DNA of 64,000 bases from Vicugna vicugna (taxonomy: Eukaryota): the NCBI GenBank assembly GCA_013265495.1, contig MU062380.1:7134542-7198541 (forward strand), in the 5' to 3' direction. The first letter of the stretch is position 1. Each line of letters starts with the position of its first letter. Below the pieces are notes generated by a model, which was not told where the DNA came from, did not search any database, and saw only the letters and a list, made by a program, of their open reading frames with translations. Of the stretch, positions 11,701-26,149 are shown piece after piece. The position numbers were made by a program, and so were the translations under genes.

Positions 11701-13659
11701 TCTACTCACAAGTTCTAAGAAATGTGGAAAATTTCTAAATTATAAGAGAAGATTTCAACAGCTCAATTCAGTAGGAGGAAAAAACTACAATCTACTTTTT
11801 TTGGTATTATTATAAAACTAAATGATAACAAATTTACAGTTTAAATGAAGTGATCATTTTTTAAGGGGGAAATGAATGGGCAAAGGATTAATAATCTCAA
11901 AATTGAAGAGAATTTTTTAAAATATCAAAACCTCTCCCAAGTCTATAATAAAACCTGCATCTAACAGGGATTCTTACGTATTTTATATGACAAGCTTAAC
12001 TTAAAATAAGGTGCAGTGAATTACAGGTACCATGTCTTACTGAAATGGAAATATACACTGGTTTTAGGGCCAAAGAGTATATGCATTTAGCTTAGTAGAA
12101 TATGCAAGGAAATAGTGAAACAAATATGCTAGTGATGAAAAGGTATTTTTAAGCAGAAAAATCATAAGCTTCATTAAATGTGCTTCAGTCACTCCAAAGT
12201 CTTAGAACTATTTAGCAAATATTTACTAAATACCTGTTGCATGCAGAGATTAGTATTTGGACTAATGGAAAATACACCATGATTAGAAGGAATGATCTCT
12301 GTCCTTTCTTTATCTGTATAGAGGAGAGAAATCTGATGGATGGTGATCAAAATTATTATTCATGGAATCACAGTACTCCGAGGAACTTCATTGTTTATTC
12401 TGTTCTTGGAGATTTTAGGGAGGGGAGATTTGTTAGTCTCCCTTGGAAGCTCATTCCAAGGTTATATCAGGAAACTATGTTCTAAACCTCTGATCAGGAT
12501 AATAGCCACTATCTAATTTCTGTTTATATTCCTGGGCACAAACGTTCTTCTAAAGAAAATCATAGAACCATCAAAGCCATACTGTTTTATATCAACTGAA
12601 TCCTTGCTGCTGCTGCTGCTAGGAAATACTTGTATCTAACTCTTTCAAAATATCTCATATACATTCCATGATAGATATGACAAGAATTTCGCATTATTTT
12701 CAAGCTTGCAAATCCCACAGTATTCTTGGCTTCTTCTCATTTCCTTCTGCCACATAAGCTTGATTCCTTAATCAGCATTTTCATCCTCCCTTTTCTTCTC
12801 TTCAAACTGTCCATCCTAAAACAAATACTAGTACAGCCTAAACAGATACAAGCTAAACAGTGTTCTAAGACTGATGCAAGAGCTCCAGTAAGACCCGCTG
12901 CCTAGCCTTTTCTTTCCTCCTTCTCCAGCTTTGTGTTCTTTTTCCTATCTTCTAAATATTCGACTTCTTTAACCCTCTTGTATTGATCTTCTTTTGTCTT
13001 TTTAGTATCTCTCTATTCTTTCTTAGCTTTCTGCCTTAAATGCATGACTCAGTTTTATTGATTTTTTTTTTTTCTGTTTTACAATGTTGCTTTTTCTACC
13101 AATAAACAAATTTCTTCTTTGGGGCCAGGTTTCTCAAAACAGTGGACTTTATCTCCTTAGTTATCTCTTTTGCTTTCAGTTAAATTTGGCAACTACTAGT
13201 TTCTTCCTAATTGCAAAAGCAAACCTTGGCATCATAATAATTCTACTTGTTTTATGGTAGTAGTCAGTCTTTCAACAGGCCCTTCCTCCTTAAAAACCAA
13301 GCCTCCATCAGCAATCCACTGCTTAGCCCTATTTCTTTTCTTTTCTTTTTGTTTTCTTTTCTTCTTCTTTTTTCTTCCTAACGACGTTTTTAAAAAAATT
13401 TAGACTCCTTTTCATTTTCCCATCTGTGAAATGGGATGAGATTTGCTTGTTTGTTACCTTATTAGTTGAGATCTTCAAAAGACAGAGTTTGTTTACTTAA
13501 TAAGCATACTATTAATAATAACACCACATTTCCAAGCTTATTTTCTTCTTGTAATTTACCACTATCAGGAAAGAAGAAAATTTATTGCTTGGTGCTAGAG
13601 TTTTTTAAAAATTCATTGCAAATTACTGGTGAATAATTTTTTATTTGGAGGAGGATATT

Positions 13660-13790
13660 ACTGGATGTTCAAGGTCCTGATAATTTCCTTATCTGCAAAT
13701 AAGGATTAGAATGTCTGCTTACCTCATTGTTGTGATCATCAGATGACAAGTTGTACATAAAAACATCTTGTATATGTTAAATAAAGTACT
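13660..13790 (+). mobile_element. MIR fragment
   Basis: tttccttatctgcaaataagga...cttacctcattgttgtga. Confidence 0.5.
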
Positions 13791-14554
13791 ATTTCAATCC
13801 ATCATATTCCTACTGGGAACCAATGTTAAAAAGATCTGCATATTTCCAAAGTTGGCCTTTACCTTTCCCTTTTACAGGGGGTATAGCTTTTCCTCAGCCA
13901 TAAGGAGGGATCGGCTGTAACTTCCTTGCCTTAAGGCAGGAGACTGTGCCCTTTCAAATCCCTTCCAACTCCCAGAGCTGTGTCCTTGGGGGTTTCACCT
14001 TCCATGACTACTCAAAAATGATAGCTCTTGCATCTGTCATAACATCCACCAATTTATTAATAACGTGAAGTGAATTTAAGTTATTCAGATCCTAAAGGCT
14101 ATGAAAATGATGTCTTCTTTCTATTTTGGTTTGGCCTTCTTTCCTTTCTTCATAACTGGAACCACTGGAACTTGGCCCATTCAAGTATTTATATTTAACC
14201 TTGAAAGAAAGAAAAAAACAGAAGGGAAGAAAAAGAAAGAAAGAGGGAGGAAATGAGACAAAGATTCTTCAATGTTCTGTTATGTTCATTCCCACTCTTT
14301 CATTTAAAAACATTATACCTAGTAATGTGGACAAAAAGAAGAAGATATTTAAGTCGGGAGACATTCAATAAGGAATAATAATCTAGGTACAATTCAAGCT
14401 GGTGAAGTATATCAGCCAAGGATCATTTCAGGAAAAGGACAAAACCTGAGCAAAGGAGCTGAGTTGGGAAGGTATAAACACAAGAGATTCTGAGTAACCA
14501 TGTCTGGCAGGAACCTATGGTAAATTTAAAGGGATTATGCTGAATCTGCTTTAG

Positions 14555-14640
14555 AAAGATGGAATCTTAGATGCCATGGTTTGGAAGACACCCTAGAGGT
14601 CATGGGATTCAACACTCTTTTATTGATGTTTGAATTAACC
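14555..14640 (-). mobile_element. MIR3 fragment
   Basis: gaatcttagatgccatggtttggaagacaccctagaggtcat resembles the antisense MIR3 3' end. Confidence 0.45.
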
Positions 14641-14699
14641 CTGTAATATTCTTCTCAGAATAAATTTAAAACCTTTGATGACAGAACACACTCTTTCCT

Positions 14700-15370
14700 G
14701 AAGCAACCTAATGCACCTTTAGCAGCACTGACTATGAGAAACTTCTTTCTGCACTGAGCATAAATTTGTCTTCTTTTCACCCACTGGTCCTAATATGCTC
14801 ATCTGGGTCATATTATACAAGTTCAATTTTCTTTCTTCTTGATTATTCTTTATATATTTAAAAGATATCTCAGTCCCTCTAAATCTCATTTTCACGTAAA
14901 ATATCATCAGTTCCTTCAACAATATCTCATATAACGTGATATGTAACATGGACTTTAATAACATAAAGTTCATTTCCTTTATTCAACATTACGCTCACTC
15001 TTCTAAGAATGTTCTCCATTTTTTCTATATCCATTTTATAGGGTAATACCAAGCCCTGAATGACATATTCACTATGAATCCTGATCAAACAAGATGAAAT
15101 AATACTGTATTATCCATCCCTGAGAGACCATCTTTTTCTAGTATCTTCTGAAATCTTTTTGTTCAAATGGAAGTCCCTTTCTTGTTTGTTATTTCTGCTT
15201 AGCCAGTTTTGATTGGATTGAGTTTTTCATCACATATATAGTATGCCTCCAATAAAATAAGTTGACTTGGTTTTACGGCTGCTAAACTAGTTTCTTCCTT
15301 CTACCCCTTTCTCCTTGCCATCTCCCCTAATCTTTTTCTTGTGTACTTAATTGTTTTGAATCTAAATAGG
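14700..15370 (-). mobile_element. L3/CR1 LINE fragment
   Basis: gagaaacttctttctgcactgagc...cacccactggtccta...cagttccttcaacaatatctcatata follows the antisense L3 consensus. Confidence 0.65.
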
Positions 15371-15384
15371 AAATTTTTTTCCCT

Positions 15385-16520
15385 CTGGCAGACTGGAGCT
15401 ATTTTATGGAGAATGTTTATTGAAAGGCTAGTAAATTTGCATCTAATTAAGTAGAGAGTGAGAAGCCACTGAAAATTTTTGACATGATCAAAATTTTCTT
15501 TGGATGGACTAATCTGGCAGCCACATGTAGAACAGATTGAAATGAGGAGAAACAGGAATGCAATTTGAAGAAGACTTCAATTGCCCCCTGGAGTGATATC
15601 AAAGGAAATGGAGAAGAGTGTTAAGAATGACGACAGAAGCTGAAAAACTTAGCAATGATTAACATGAAAGAGAAGAGAAAATCAAAGTTCCTTGAAAGAT
15701 TTCAAGCAGTAGTGATTTGGTGTATTAGTTAGGATTCCAGAAAAACAGAACTAAGGAATTATATATTTATATATTTATATAAGGAATTGGCCGAGAAGTC
15801 CTAAGATGTGCAGTTCGTAAGCTGGAGGCCAAGGAGAACCAGTAATGTAGTTCTAGGCTGAGTCCCAAGGCCTGACAACAAGGAAAGCCAATGGTATAAA
15901 TTTCACTCCAAGGGAAAGAGAAGACTGATGTCCCAGCTCAGGCAGGCCAAGTTTCCTCTTACTTCACCTTTTTGTTCTGTATAGCTCTTCTGTTAATTAA
16001 ATGAGGCCCATCAACATTAGGGAAGACATCTGCCTTACTGAGTCTACTAACTCAAATGGGTCTTATCCAGAAACATCCTTACAGGCACACTCAGGATAAT
16101 GTTTGACCAAAAGTCTGGCACCTGGTGGCTTGGTTAAGTTGACACATAAAATTAACCATCCTACCTGAGAGAATGGTGAAATGAAGCCAGAATAGAAGTT
16201 GCTTTGGATAGAGGGGACTATTGGGACATGCTGAGTTTGAATGTCAGGTAGATAGGCATGTGAAAATGACTTGGAAGATGGTTAGAAATGAAAGGCTAGA
16301 ATTTGGGGGAAAGACAAGTATTAGAAATACAGATTTGTGCTTTATTTATATAGAAGGTATTAGTTAAGGACTTTCAAGAGGTCAATAATAGGATGGTTAC
16401 TGAGAGCTTATCTGTAACCAAGAAAAGGTCAGTGGTTTGGTGGTTAGAAGTCTCTATGATTAGAAAAGTAGGAGGATAACTGGGTGGGCACATAAGTACA
16501 GAAGTCAAGAAAATAGTGTT
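15385..16520 (-). mobile_element. L2 fragment split by an MLT2 insertion
   Basis: gagaagccactgaaaatttttgacatgatc...ctaatctggcagc (15385-15720) resumes after 16163 with ttgggacatgctgagtttgaatg. Confidence 0.65.
15721..16163 (-). mobile_element. ERVL LTR, MLT2 family solo LTR
   Basis: Starts tgtattagttaggattccagaaaaacagaac and ends aagttgacacataaaattaaccatc, the characteristic MLT2 termini. Confidence 0.85.
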
Positions 16521-16534
16521 TACTCTTGAATAAG

Positions 16535-17500
16535 TCTTCTCTGTCCTCTACCTGTACACCATCATCTCCTGTCTGTCTCACACTCTTGAATCTTCATTAA
16601 TCAAGCTTCTGCTTTTATAGATTATTGAAGTTGGTTCTCAGAAAACATTTTCTTCTCTAAGTCATTGGCTTCCTCCTTTTGCTTTCTAAATGCCAATAAT
16701 CTCCCAAGGCTCTATTCTCAATCCTCTGCTTCAATCATCTTTATAGATAAGAAAAATGCCAAAACTGTATCACAATCTCTTTCATTAATTCCAGACCTGT
16801 ATTTACAATAGATGAGCCAAAAAGACCACCTAGATGTCTCTCATGTTTGTATCTCAAACACAAAGTATCCTAAGCAGAACCAATAATCTTCTAATAAAAT
16901 CTCTTTAATGGCTCAGGACCACTCCACTATGCCCAGGTTGTAAACCTAAAAAACAGCTTTGACTTATTTCTTTACCTTGCCCTTTACTAGCCGCTATTTC
17001 CAAGTCCAAATCCTATCAGTTCCACCTACAAAGCATCCCCCAAATCCATACATTTTACATTATTACTATCACCACTGCCGCCATTCTAATTCAAGACCTC
17101 ATTGTCATTTCTGTGTGGTATTCACCTCCTAGACCTACTTCCCATATCTAATCATTCTCATCTCTTATCTGTTTATAGATTGTTGCCAAATTAATCTTCA
17201 TAAATTACAATTTAAATCATGCTGTTCTACTATTCCAAAATGTTTAATTGCTTTTTATTACCCATTGAATAAAATCCAAACTCCTTAAAATAACATTTAA
17301 CACCATCCACCATCTGGTGATACCCCACATTTCTAGATGTTTCTTCCATTTCTCCCTCTCAGAGATCCAGCACTGCATTCAAACTACAACATGTGTTTTT
17401 CCTGTCTGTCTCAATCCCATTGTTCATTCTGTTCAATTTGCCAGTAACATCCTTTCTACACACTTTTCTCTGTGAGGCCTTTGTTGATTGCCCTAGCAGA
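16535..17500 (+). mobile_element. L2 LINE fragment
   Basis: ccacctagatgtctc...caaatcctatcagttccacctaca...gaataaaatccaaactcctta. Confidence 0.7.
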
Positions 17501-17529
17501 AAGTAATATATAGTTCACAATATTTGGAG

Positions 17530-17710
17530 CTATATGTTAAGTATGTCATATACATTATCATGCCAAATTCTCACAGTAATCCTATGACATATCTACCCTT
17601 TTCTAAGTTTTACCAATATATAAGCTAGTGTTTGTATGGGTTTTTAAAATTAGCCCAAAGTAACATAACATAGCTCAGCTTTCCATATATGTCTGACTTC
17701 AAAGTCAGTA
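17530..17710 (-). mobile_element. MIR fragment
   Basis: aattctcacagtaatcctatga...tctgacttcaaagtcagtattcttaacc. Confidence 0.5.
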
Positions 17711-20379
17711 TTCTTAACCTTAATCCAAATATTTTTAATTTTAGAATCACCCTTTTTGCTAATGAGTTCCATGACTCTACTGAAGCCATAGTAATGGGAG
17801 ATAGTTTTTAATAATGACATTAGATACTTTAAAAAGGCTTTTTTCTTAGTCTGGTTTATCAAGGTATAATTTACAAAGAGTAAAATTTACCCTTTTTAGT
17901 GAGCATTTCTATTAATTTGGCATTTATATCTTTATTTTTCCAACTTTCTCCCTTTAGAATCAGGTGATTTATTTTTGCACTTCTTCTTAGTAGTTTGATT
18001 TAGTTTCAACAGCCCTTGGCTTTCCTTTACCCTGCTTTTCTTTGGAAATGCTGTATGTTTTCAATTTGGTGTCTAGTAACTCTTGAGATCCTTCTTTATG
18101 AACAGATGCAATTTGTTCATAGAATGAGAAACTAAGTCTGCAATTATAGCCAGCAGTAATAGTTTTCCTCCCTTTGGATCCTTCCAATAATTTCCTAAAC
18201 CTAATGAAATCTGTGTTCTTGAAAATTATTTTCTTCATCTTTATCTAACAGATCTATAGAATTTGTGGGATTTATATTGTTATATTGCCACCAAAACCCC
18301 TAGAAAATATACTTTCTCAAATAATGCTTCAAGACAATTCAGACTGAAATCATCGGGGAAAATGTAAGCATAGAATCCATTTTTCAAAAAGCTAAATTTC
18401 TGTTAAACCTATACAAATAAGTGATCCATCCATTCCTTCATTCAATAGCCATTTATTAAGTTCCTTCTTCGTGAAAAATACGAGTCTTTTCCTTAAGCAA
18501 CCTACCTTCTGATAGATATTCTAACTGGTTCACTTCATATCTAGTATGTAAAGGAAATCCAGAGGGTGATAATGACTTTGACAATAAAATGTTGGGAGTC
18601 ATCAAAAGGGTAGAGAACCTTTACATTTTTATTAACTTTTAGGAAGTGCTAAGAAGATAATGTCTAGCATATTATTGTTGGTCAGTAGCAATGAAATAAT
18701 AACAATTAGGGAAACAAGACTTGATGTCCAGAATGATTTTAAAGCTTCAGTACTATTAAGTCAATTAGTACATTAAAAATGGGAACTATTTTTCATATAA
18801 AAGCAAGTAATATGAAAGCAAATGAGAAAGTATTCCACTTTAGGGCTTTTGAAGATAAGATAAAGCCATTTTAAAGAGCTTTATCATGAAATTCTAACAA
18901 TAATTTCCCTACCATTACAGTCTCAACACATCATTGTCCTAGTTTATAAAATCAACTGGATTTTGACCTCTCTGTTTCTTGTGAAATTTTTGTTTGGGGG
19001 GGTAGGGAACAGGCATATTTTATCATAATAGTACGTCTCATCAACATTGTATAGTCATCATTTTGACCTTTTATAATGAAGAGTAAGAAACCTGTTTGGC
19101 ACCCTTTTCCTGACTCCAGGTCCACTGCTATGCCTCCAGCACATATACGCTGCCAAGCCTCAGAAGTATCTGAATATACCTTTGGCCCTGGTATGCCTTG
19201 GAGAGGTTGAATGAGCTGTTCCCATTACTTTATCTCCTTCTTCCTCTCTCACATCCTCAACTCCTATAGCATCATTAAACTAAATAGAAGGATTAAATGA
19301 ATTATAATGTACAGTGATTGCTGTAAAAACCACATAATACATACAGCTAATAGGTCTCATGGCAACACAAAAATCACAGAATTTTGAGAAGGAAGGATTC
19401 TCTGATATACTCCACCTGCTAACCAGCAGTGCCAGAATTACCTTTTTAAATAATAGGTAAATGTTCTATTTTTAGAGAATTTTTACAAATATTAAGTGTC
19501 ATGCTCTCACCCTAACAATCTGAGATTTCACACCGCAAAGAAGTGTCTACGTATATCTGTGATATATACATTTAAGTGCATAGCTAAAATATTCAAATAT
19601 ACATAATACGTTAAGGCAAAAACTTCTTTGTTCTGACCTAAAAGTACCTCATTAGCAGAGATGTCCAAATAGACGGCACCAAATATGCTGAGGTCCAAGG
19701 GCATGAAAGAGCCCTTACTTCTGTAGACTAAGAAATGGATTCATACAAATTTGAGTGTGAACTTGAAATACTATTGTGACAAACTGATTGGTACACACAT
19801 ACTGTCAAGGGGAAAACACCAGCTAGGCAGTAGTAGTATTATTACTGCTATAATTATTGCCAAAGCCATGAGACCTTAAAGTTTTATGGATGAAAGGCTT
19901 ATGAAGGAAAAACAATCTATCCTGGGGTTTGTTCTGTGGACTTGAAATTACTTTTCAACCTTTTCTTCTTATTTATCCAACTCATTTCAAAAGATGAAAC
20001 ACCTATTCGAAGGTGAAGAAAGAGGCTTCTGAGGAAAAGAAAAAATAAATTTTTTAGGATGGTCTTATTATTTTCTGTTCATTCTCCTGATCCTTTTTTT
20101 TTTTCCGCCTATTTCTCTGGTTTTTGCCCTACTCTGTCTCCATCCTTTCATGCTTAGTTTTTCAGAATGTCCTGCTTCTCTTCTCTCAATGTCTCATCTT
20201 TCCACCTTTCAGAAGGATTGTCATTAATCAGTCATATATTCACTGTATTCTTCCTTTTTTGTTAATTCTGTAGAACATCTCTATGAATATTGCTTCAGAG
20301 GAGCCATGGTACTCGTTATTGTAACTGAAGGGGTGACAGTAAAAAAATAAATAATTAAATGTATTTAAAATAAGGGCTG

Positions 20380-20635
20380 TAGAGAGCAGCATGATGATTG
20401 AGAGGACACAATTTGAAAACAGGTTTGCATTTGAACCCAGGCACTGTCATTTACTAGTTATTTACTAGCTATGACAAGGCTTGTTCATTTATCCCTCTGA
20501 GCTTAACCTCGAGTAGATCTTATGAAAGGTTAATTATATCTAGCTCACTGAATTGTTGAGGATTATTGAGATAAATGATATAAGGCACCCAGTAAAATGC
20601 CAGGAACATGAAAGACTTAATACAAAGTAGTGATA
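20380..20635 (+). mobile_element. Near full-length MIR
   Basis: gcagcatgatgattgagagg...tttgaacccaggcactgtcatttactag...gttgaggattattgagataa. Confidence 0.7.
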
Positions 20636-20889
20636 TCAAGAGAGTGGTAGCCATGGTGGAGACAGCTGTGATAGTGATGATTAGCCATGAGATTTCTGTC
20701 TCCTTTCCAGAAGGGTGGTCACCTTCATCCATTTGGATTGATAATCATTTGAGTATTTATGCTCTGCTAAAGCAATTTTGCTTAAGCCTAAATCTTTTGG
20801 CTTAAATTTCTTCTTGTCCCCAGAGATAGATTTACTTCACACACACACCTCCCTCAAAAATCAAGCACCGCTTTGTCTCCCTACTCCTT

Positions 20890-23105
20890 TCCCCACTGTT
20901 ATTGTAAAAATTTTTATACATTCAAAAGAATGCCTAAGCATAAATCAAGTTAAAAAACAATAAAATTAATATATTTGTAAATAGCACCTAGCATTTAAAA
21001 AAATAGAAGCTTATCAGTATTTTGAAGCTTCCACAATGCCCTTCCCTGTTTGCAGCCCCACTCCCCCAACACTGGAGACTATGACTATCCTATATTTGAA
21101 TTTCTCATTCCATTGCTTTTACTTGTAAATTGTAATGATGTATGTAATCCTAAAGAATATATTGTTTAAGTTTCCACACTGTTGAATTTTGTAAATTATA
21201 TCATACTGATGGCTTCCTTAGAGACTGAGTTTATTCCTAGCTGTGTATTAGTAGTTTATTGAAAGAAAACACTACAGTGAATTATCTTTTTCATTTATGG
21301 CCCCTTGGATTATTTCTAATATTTAGTCTTAGAGTCATGTTATTATGAACATTTCTGTACATGCTTCCCAGTGCACATAAGGATGTCGTTCTTTAAGGCA
21401 TATCCTTAGGAGAGTACATTGCTAAGCTCCAGGATATGCACAGCCTCATGCACATTTCAGCTTCATGAGATAGTGCCAAACCTTTTCCTAATGAGGTAGT
21501 ATTGGTTAGGGTTAGGGTAGACTGCTTTGAAGTAATTTTAAAAATCCAGAATCACAGTGATTTAAAGCTATGCATTTTTATCTCAGGTTCAGGAACTCTG
21601 GAGGTGGCCAGTTCAGAAATGGTAAGGCAAAGTGTCGAAGACCCAGGCTCCTTCCATTTTATTGGTCACCTCAGATGTACAGTTTTCATCCACATGGTCA
21701 TCTCAAGGTCTAGAAGTTCTAGCTAGAATATCTATATTTTGGCGGCGAGAAGGAGAAAGAAACAAGAAGTGCATACATGGCCCCTTCCTGCAAAATGCAC
21801 ACAGCACTTCTTTACTTGTATTCCCTTGGCCAGAACTTACATGGTCGTTTCTGGCTACAAGAGAAACTGGGAAATGAAGTCTGTATTCCAACTAGTCAGA
21901 GATTCAGCTGGAAACAGAGTTCTTATTACTGAGAAAGGAAAGAAAGACATATTGGGGGATACGCAGCAGTCTCTAACACACCGGTTGTACTAATTTATAT
22001 CCCCACCTGAAGATTAAGAAAGATTTTGTTTCTCTACATATTTGGCACAATTAAAACTATCAGACTTTTACATTTTTGTCAAAATTACAGATATTAACTA
22101 TAATACCAGTTAAAAATGTATATCTGATTAATACTAAAATTTCATCTTTTCGTATATTTATTCATCATTTGGATTTCCTTGTCTGTGAGCTTCCAGTTCA
22201 TATATTTCCCATTTTTATACTGTTTACCTTCTTACTGATTATATGACCTTTGTATTTATTCTGAATAATAACCCTTCAACAGTTATATAAATTGCAAAAA
22301 AAAAAATCTTGTTGGTATCTTTGCTTTTTTTTCCCCAAAATATTGTTTGATAAAAGTAGTTCTTTAATACAGTTGAATTCCTGAGTCTTTTCCATTATGA
22401 TTTAAACTTTTTATATCTTATTTGAGAAATCCTCACTTCATGATTATAAGATAGTCTTATAATTTCCTTTAAAAGTTTTGAAGCTTTATCTTTGTATATG
22501 TGTATTTTAGTGGACTAGAATTGATATTTTTATATGTTTTTGAGTAGGAATAAATTTATTTCCCCATGGATAATTAAGACAGTCTCAGCACATTTATAAA
22601 AGTCTAACTATTTCCTGCTAATTTTAAATGCCAGATCAATCATATACAAGTTTCCTTATAAATAAACGTTTATTTCTTAGAACTAGTTCTCTATTCCTAA
22701 ATCTATACTTTCTCTACATATTTAAATATCTAACTTTCTAAGCTGTCTTAATTCTCAAAATGTACATAGTTTATTGGATTTCCATATAGACAATTTTATC
22801 ATCTGTGCAGACAGGACACTTTTGTTTTTTTCCTTCTATTTCTTATACTTTTTCTTCTTGTCCTGTGGTGCCAGCTGGGATCTCCCCATAATGCTGAGTA
22901 GAAGTAGTGATAGAAGGCATTCTTGCCATTGTTTTGGTTTTAAAGGAAATACTTTTTAACATTTCACCATTAAGAGTGATTATTTTATGTAAGTAAATTA
23001 GGTACTTAACTGGACATCCTTCTTTACGTATGGTTATTGCTAGATATATAGATAGGTATAGACAGACGTAGACATAGACATAAATTAAATCTCCAGACTG
23101 TTCCA
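20890..23105 (-). mobile_element. Old L1 (L1ME type), interrupted by MLT1
   Basis: ttattatgaacatttctgtacatgc...gatagtgccaaaccttttcc resumes as ggttgtactaatttatatccc at 21983 and continues into ORF2-antisense sequence (catttcaccattaagagtgat). Confidence 0.7.
21498..21980 (-). mobile_element. ERVL-MaLR solo LTR (MLT1J/K type) nested in L1ME
   Basis: gaagacccaggctccttccatt...cccttggccagaacttacatggtc...gaaactgggaaatgaagtct. Degenerate 5-bp TSD gaggt/ccggt. Confidence 0.75.
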
Positions 23106-23179
23106 TAACTCATTATTCAACTAATGCTAGATAAGTATAATATTCAAAACTTAACTGATTTTGTGAGATTTAAAGAAGA

Positions 23180-23460
23180 ATCAGACATAAATCCTATCCC
23201 CTAGAAGTTTACTATCTATAAGAAGTGATAAAAGCTATGTAAAAACCAAATACAATAAGACACAGAGAGTAATAGGTACCATAAGAAGGGTTCACTTAGG
23301 TATAATGAAAGCTCAAAGAACAGAGCAAAAACTGCCAATTGGAGACTATCAGGAAAACCTTTGTAATTGAGAAGGCATATAAGATGAACATTAAAGAATG
23401 AGTAGGGTTTGTACTGGAAAAGACATCATAGGTATAGGGACAGCCTGAGCAAAGGCCTCC
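23180..23460 (-). mobile_element. L2 fragment
   Basis: cctatcccctagaagtttactatcta...ggtatagggacagcctgagcaaaggc. Confidence 0.6.
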
Positions 23461-24469
23461 GTCTCTTGCAGCTGTGCGGAGTAAGGTTAAAAGCCAAAAG
23501 CCTCTTAAACAGATTGAAACTAGATGTATCCGATACACCCTCACTCAAATCCAGTCTTATAATGAAGTTCAAATTCAATAAGCATATAGGTCATGAGATG
23601 GGTCCTTCATGTGACGACAAATACGACCATTCTGTTCGATCACCTACCTTAGTAACTAGAGTATATCCAAACATCTTTTAGCTGCCTCTAAATTCAAATC
23701 TACCTTCAGGTGATAATTTGCCACCCTTGAGGAAATTCAAATGAATAAATGAGTCTGTGAGGGCAATTCTCAAAGAATTCCCTAATTTTTAGCAATGGTG
23801 GTATCATTAGAATAAGTGTATAAATTCACAACATGCCTGTTTTAAAGCCAGCAACCATCTGTGTGAATTATACATTTGCAAAAATTATTAAGATTACATC
23901 ATGTTGCTTAATAGTTGCACTTAAAAGCGTATTATTTCTGGATTCCTTGTTACTGTGAACCATAGGGACCTTGGCCTCACACAACCAAAGTGTTCAGGTC
24001 ATTTTAGGGAGGAAAATAATAAAAAGGAAAATAAGAAAAAAACCTTTAAATATACAGATAACCTGCATCCTCCTCTCATTCATATTGCTCAGTAGCAATT
24101 TAGTCCCTGGCTAATGTATTACTCATAATTTATTGCAAATTTATTAAACCTCAGTAGCTCAGAAACCTAGTAGCTTATGGATGATCCTCTAATTAGTGGA
24201 ATTAGAGGATGATACTGTTTCCTTTGATTAATTGGCACATGTGGAGACTGGGTGCCCTCTGAGGCCTTTCATTTGCATATTAAGTTACCACATCTCAATG
24301 TGCTGAAATCCAAATGGCTGGGGGCTCAAACTACTCATATGAAGGCAATGTCCTGTGGATCTAATTAAATCACTGCATGCTCACCCTTTTCCCTTCTTTA
24401 CCCTCTTTGGCACAAATTTCCAAGGAGTAACCTAAAAGTTAAAAAAAAATGAAAAAGGAATGAACAGTT

Positions 24470-24685
24470 TATGAATATGTAGCAATTTACCATTTACAAA
24501 TTCTTTCCACATATATTATCCCATTTGACTCTCTCAACAACCCTCTTGAGGACACGCCGCTTAATTCCCATTTTATAAATAGATAGGAGACTGATAGGCC
24601 TTCCAATTTACAAGGTGGTAATTGATCAAGCTGGGATTCATACCTGAATCTTCTTACCCAAGGTCTTATCTGTCTTCACTATGCC
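24470..24685 (-). mobile_element. MIR
   Basis: atatattatcccatttgactctctcaacaaccct...gctgggattcatacctga. Confidence 0.65.
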
Positions 24686-26149
24686 AGTTTGTGTCATTAG
24701 GGAATTACCCCAAAGTATATAATAAAAGACATGAAGAAAATGTTATTATTCCAACCCTGGTCATCTTCTGCACAAACTGCCATTATATTCATGGCTTTTG
24801 CAGAAAGGGGTCTGCTAGATGGAATTAGTAAAAAGAGAGTTTAGACATACTACGGGGGAAATGGTGTTCAATGAGAGCCAATATGGAGGAGATTATTACT
24901 TTTATATTCTCCATCCCAGGACTTCAAGCCCAGACTGGATGACTGCTTGACTGCAATGCCAATTCTAAAGTCACGTATTCAAATGTCACACACTCAAATG
25001 CGTGATTGGGCAAGTGGATTATTAAGGTCTCATTGCTGAGTTTCTGTGGTTTTAAAACAGCATAGCATACCACATTACTGGATCAAAAAAAATTGCAGGC
25101 CAGTGCTTTTTCTGGGCATTTGTCAGAGCCTGGACACAAATAAGGGAGTTATTTTCGACAGCGGGTAGTTCCAGTAGCCAAAAGCTATGCAGCCATCTTC
25201 TGGGCACCTGTCACAAAGCACATTATCTTTGCTGGATAGAAGCAAGAGAGTATATTTGGAAGGATTTAATAAAGGCTCTGAAGGACCCTATTGGTATAAA
25301 TGCCTATTATTGTTGTCAGTGTTATTTAAGAACAGCAGGAGGGAGGCATTTCAAATAGAAGTTCAGCTTCTATTCCCAGAAGCCTCTCCAGATCCAGCAC
25401 TGCTGTGGTCTTCAAGCAATCTGTGAAACTGGCCTCCAGGAAGGGAGTGAGGGAGAAGGAGAGATACCCCATGTGATATTCTGGTTGCTAGTGCAGTCGG
25501 TTAGGGACAGTTTCTGTGTTTAGTTTCTGAGTGGCTTCTCCTTCTGGTCCTATTGCTGGAAATGAGGCCCCCTTCATTAGCAGCATGGGGTGGGTGGGGG
25601 CAAAGCTAGATCAGCTCCCCCAGGGGTGATACACACTTGAATATGCTTCAAGTCAGACCCATCTGAAAGAAAACATGCTTTTCTTAGTGTGTCTCGCTGT
25701 GAATTCTGAAAGATGCCCGCAACCTGAAGCTGTGGCCCATCCTGGGAAGATGGACATGGGTCTGTATCGCTAGGAGGGGCGTGGAGAGATACTGGCACAG
25801 TGTCCTTCAGTTTCTCCATAAGATAAAATTGTGCGAGGGTGGCCAGCCCGCTGTGATTTGGTGCTTCCTAGCTCATCTTCCACTGCGTGTTCGGATGTTA
25901 GGAAGTTCCAAAACATCACATCTGCGTGGAAATGACAACACGAGAGGATCTCAGGAGAAAAACTGTGTTGTTTAATGGCCTAGATCTAGATTTTCTCCAC
26001 CACCGCTCTTCTCTCAGCTCCTCTCGGTCCCTCTAAAATATCATCTGCCTCTTGGTGATGCCAGCTCCCTCACCTAGTTAAGCTGCTGCTGCACAGGAGA
26101 CCTGGGGCTTGATGGAAGACAGGTTTAACGTGGCTCACACAGAGCAGTC

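Noticed and set aside
16113-16132. CTCF-like GCCACCAGGTGCCAG on the minus strand
   Set aside because: It lies inside an MLT2 LTR and has a mismatch at a near-invariant G of the core.
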